A stretch of 64,000 bases of DNA, taken from contig CBDEUS010000002.1 of NCBI GenBank assembly GCA_965243395.1, positions 512,001-576,000 on the forward strand. Direction: 5' to 3'. The notes under the pieces were generated by a model that worked only from the letters and a program-made list of their open reading frames with translations, made no database searches and was not told where the DNA came from. How positions within the stretch are numbered: the first letter of the stretch is position 1; every line of letters begins with the position of its first letter. This DNA is from Gammaproteobacteria bacterium (lineage in GTDB: Bacteria; Pseudomonadota; Gammaproteobacteria; UBA4575). Positions 62,005 through 64,000 of this stretch are shown piece after piece. Position numbers and translations under genes: made by a program.

Positions 62005-62238
62005 ATGCCCGGTGTTCAAGTAAGCAAATCTGATTTAGCGCATATCTTTGGTGTGGATCAACCCACAATCGATCACTGGATACAAAGAGGTTTGCCTTAT
62101 ATTCGTAAGCGTATAGGCGTTGCTGCGAATGACACAAATACAAATACACTAAACACAGTAGAACGCGAGCTAATATTTGATACCGCAGATGCCATTAATT
62201 GGCGATTGTCTGTATCTAATTTAGAACACGAATGGTGA
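62005..62238 (+). CDS. Lambda Nu1 (terminase small subunit)-like HTH protein
   Basis: VSKSDLAHIFGVDQPTIDHWIQRGLP ... IFDTADAINW. Confidence 0.6.
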   Translation: MPGVQVSKSDLAHIFGVDQPTIDHWIQRGLPYIRKRIGVAANDTNTNTLNTVERELIFDTADAINWRLSVSNLEHEW

Positions 62239-62278
62239 ATACACTGAAAATTTAATCTCTATTTATTAGGACTCAAGG

Positions 62279-62473
62279 ATGAGTACTCAAATACAACCCG
62301 CCTTCTCTTCACAAGTTACATACTATGTGATGAATATGAAAAACGAGCACTGGATTAAGATTAGTGATACTTATTTTGATTTAGATGAAGCTAAGACAGC
62401 TTATTCAAAATTAATAAAAAGACATCCGTTTGCACGCCTTGGAGGCAAAAATAACTTTACCGTTAAAAAGTAA
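62279..62473 (+). CDS. Small hypothetical protein
   Basis: 64-aa ORF with AGGA RBS. Confidence 0.5.
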   Translation: MSTQIQPAFSSQVTYYVMNMKNEHWIKISDTYFDLDEAKTAYSKLIKRHPFARLGGKNNFTVKK

Positions 62474-62497
62474 TTCGATTGACCAATTTTTGAATAC

Positions 62498-63466
62498 TTA
62501 ACTCGGCTGTATTTTACTGATACGTCGATTTACGGCTAACCAAGAGCCTAATAGTCCTAAAAAAACACTTGCGAGTATCAAGCTCAGACTTTGTTTAAAA
62601 CTAGGCAACATAAGTTTGAAATCACTATTGTAGAGACTGACAAGTTCTTGCGTGGGCTGGCGAATGCCTAATAACACGATGAAAACCAGTAAGAGCGCGA
62701 GTACTCCACCTAATAAACCAAACCACAAACCTCCATATAAAAAAGGTCTGCGAATAAAGCGATCCGTTGCACCGATTAATTTAGTTACTTCAATTTCCTC
62801 GCGACGGTTTTCAATATCCAGACGAATGCTATTTCCTACAACGAGTAATACCGATAGCCCAAGCATGATGCCAATGGCTAAAATCGTGCGTTGAATAATA
62901 TTAGTAATCGCCTGCAAACGTTGTAACCACTGCATATCTAACTGAACTTGCTCAATATGCGCTAATTTTTGCAGTGAATCCCTTAACTCAAAAAGCGTAT
63001 TGCCCTTTTTTGCAGCATCAACAGGTGTAACCACTAGTGTCGGGGGTAATGGATTATTTGGCAGACCCTCTAACAAGTCACCGAACCCACTTCGTTGTTT
63101 AAATTCGCTAAGCGCAATATCTGCTGGCACGTACAATACGCGTTCGATATTCTCGTTTTCTGCAATCTGTTGTTTGACATCTCTAATTTGTTTTTCCGAA
63201 GTGTTACTGTGTAAGAAAAGCGTGATCTGACCTGCGTCATCCCATTGATGTGTGACATTTTGTAGATTGTTTAACAGGACATATAAGCAAGTTGGTAATG
63301 CCAGTGCTACGGCAATCATTAGCAGCGTCATGATAGAGGCAAATGGTGTGCGGTAAAGTTTACCTAAACTGAATAGCAGCACACGTACATGGTCACGCAC
63401 ATAGGCGCGAAAACGTGTTTTTAAATTAGGCCGATTTAGAGGCTGTTGGTGTCTAGTTTTAGCCAT
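62498..63466 (-). CDS. ftsX: Cell division permease
   Basis: NPLP, KLIGATDRFIRRPFLY. Confidence 0.95.
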   Translation of the reverse strand: MAKTRHQQPLNRPNLKTRFRAYVRDHVRVLLFSLGKLYRTPFASIMTLLMIAVALALPTCLYVLLNNLQNVTHQWDDAGQITLFLHSNTSEKQIRDVKQQIAENENIERVLYVPADIALSEFKQRSGFGDLLEGLPNNPLPPTLVVTPVDAAKKGNTLFELRDSLQKLAHIEQVQLDMQWLQRLQAITNIIQRTILAIGIMLGLSVLLVVGNSIRLDIENRREEIEVTKLIGATDRFIRRPFLYGGLWFGLLGGVLALLLVFIVLLGIRQPTQELVSLYNSDFKLMLPSFKQSLSLILASVFLGLLGSWLAVNRRISKIQPS

Positions 63467-63469
63467 GCC

Positions 63470-64000
63470 TCAATTAATAATTTCATACTCTTGTACACTT
63501 TGAATGCTTTGCGAATCGATGCATTCACCAGCACGTAAACGAATAATACGTTTTTGTAAGCGCGTGATAAGATCAAGATCGTGACTGGCAATTAATACCG
63601 TCACACCGACTTGGTTAAAATCACTAAAAAGTCGCATGATTTCAGCTGAAAGCTCGGGGTCTAAATTTCCGGTTGGTTCATCCGCGAGTAAAATCGCAGG
63701 TTTGTGCACCACAGCGCGTGCTATGCCTACACGTTGTTGTTCACCGCCTGATAAGGTAATTGGCATCATGCTTTCTTTATCCAGTAAATCAACTTTATCT
63801 AATGCAGCTCGTACACGGCGGTTGATGTCCGTCTGTGCGAATCCTGCGATTTGTAAAGGTAAAGATACATTGTCGAAGACATTGCGGTCGTGTAATAAAT
63901 GATGATCTTGAAATACGACACCCATATGTCGGCGTAGTGCTGGTATTTTGCGATTGGGAATTCGAGTAATGTTTTTACGGTTGATGAAGATTTGTCCACG
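63470..64000 (-). CDS. ftsE: Cell division ATPase (5' part outside the window)
   Basis: GVVFQD, LSGGEQQRV, ADEPTGNLD; frame open to the window edge. Confidence 0.95.
   Translation of the reverse strand, partial: RGQIFINRKNITRIPNRKIPALRRHMGVVFQDHHLLHDRNVFDNVSLPLQIAGFAQTDINRRVRAALDKVDLLDKESMMPITLSGGEQQRVGIARAVVHKPAILLADEPTGNLDPELSAEIMRLFSDFNQVGVTVLIASHDLDLITRLQKRIIRLRAGECIDSQSIQSVQEYEIIN

Noticed and set aside
385-63999. Many short antisense or overlapping ORFs in the track (e.g. 385-636, 31357-31665, 49937-50380)
   Set aside because: Shadows of well-supported genes with no recognisable motifs

Overview
AT-rich gammaproteobacterial chromosome segment in two halves. 31265-64000 is core genome: tRNA-Ile2(CAT), rpoD, dnaG, damX-like, dgt, aroBK, pilQPONM, mrcA, hemE, yqeY, rpsU, tsaD, plsY, bioHC, a cox (aa3-type) cluster, rpoH with a CIRCE element, and ftsXE. 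1-31264 is an accessory island abutting the tRNA 3' end; it holds a methyltransferase-containing putative defence operon, a MerR-fusion module, stress and copper genes, and an array of small genes. Main observation: 24188-31147 is an integron-like single-gene cassette array punctuated by 15 copies of a 28-bp imperfect palindrome with dif-like 11-6-11 geometry but non-dif, non-attC sequence (ATGTCYGCTTT-[GGGTCG or CGGCCA]-WTAGCRGWCAT). Six more copies lie at 8820-14108, mostly inverted. Three site doublets share a homologous 45-bp spacer. Three equally spaced att-like ends mirror the arm sites next to the tRNA. No recombinase gene is visible in the window. All calls were made by eye; no database search was run.
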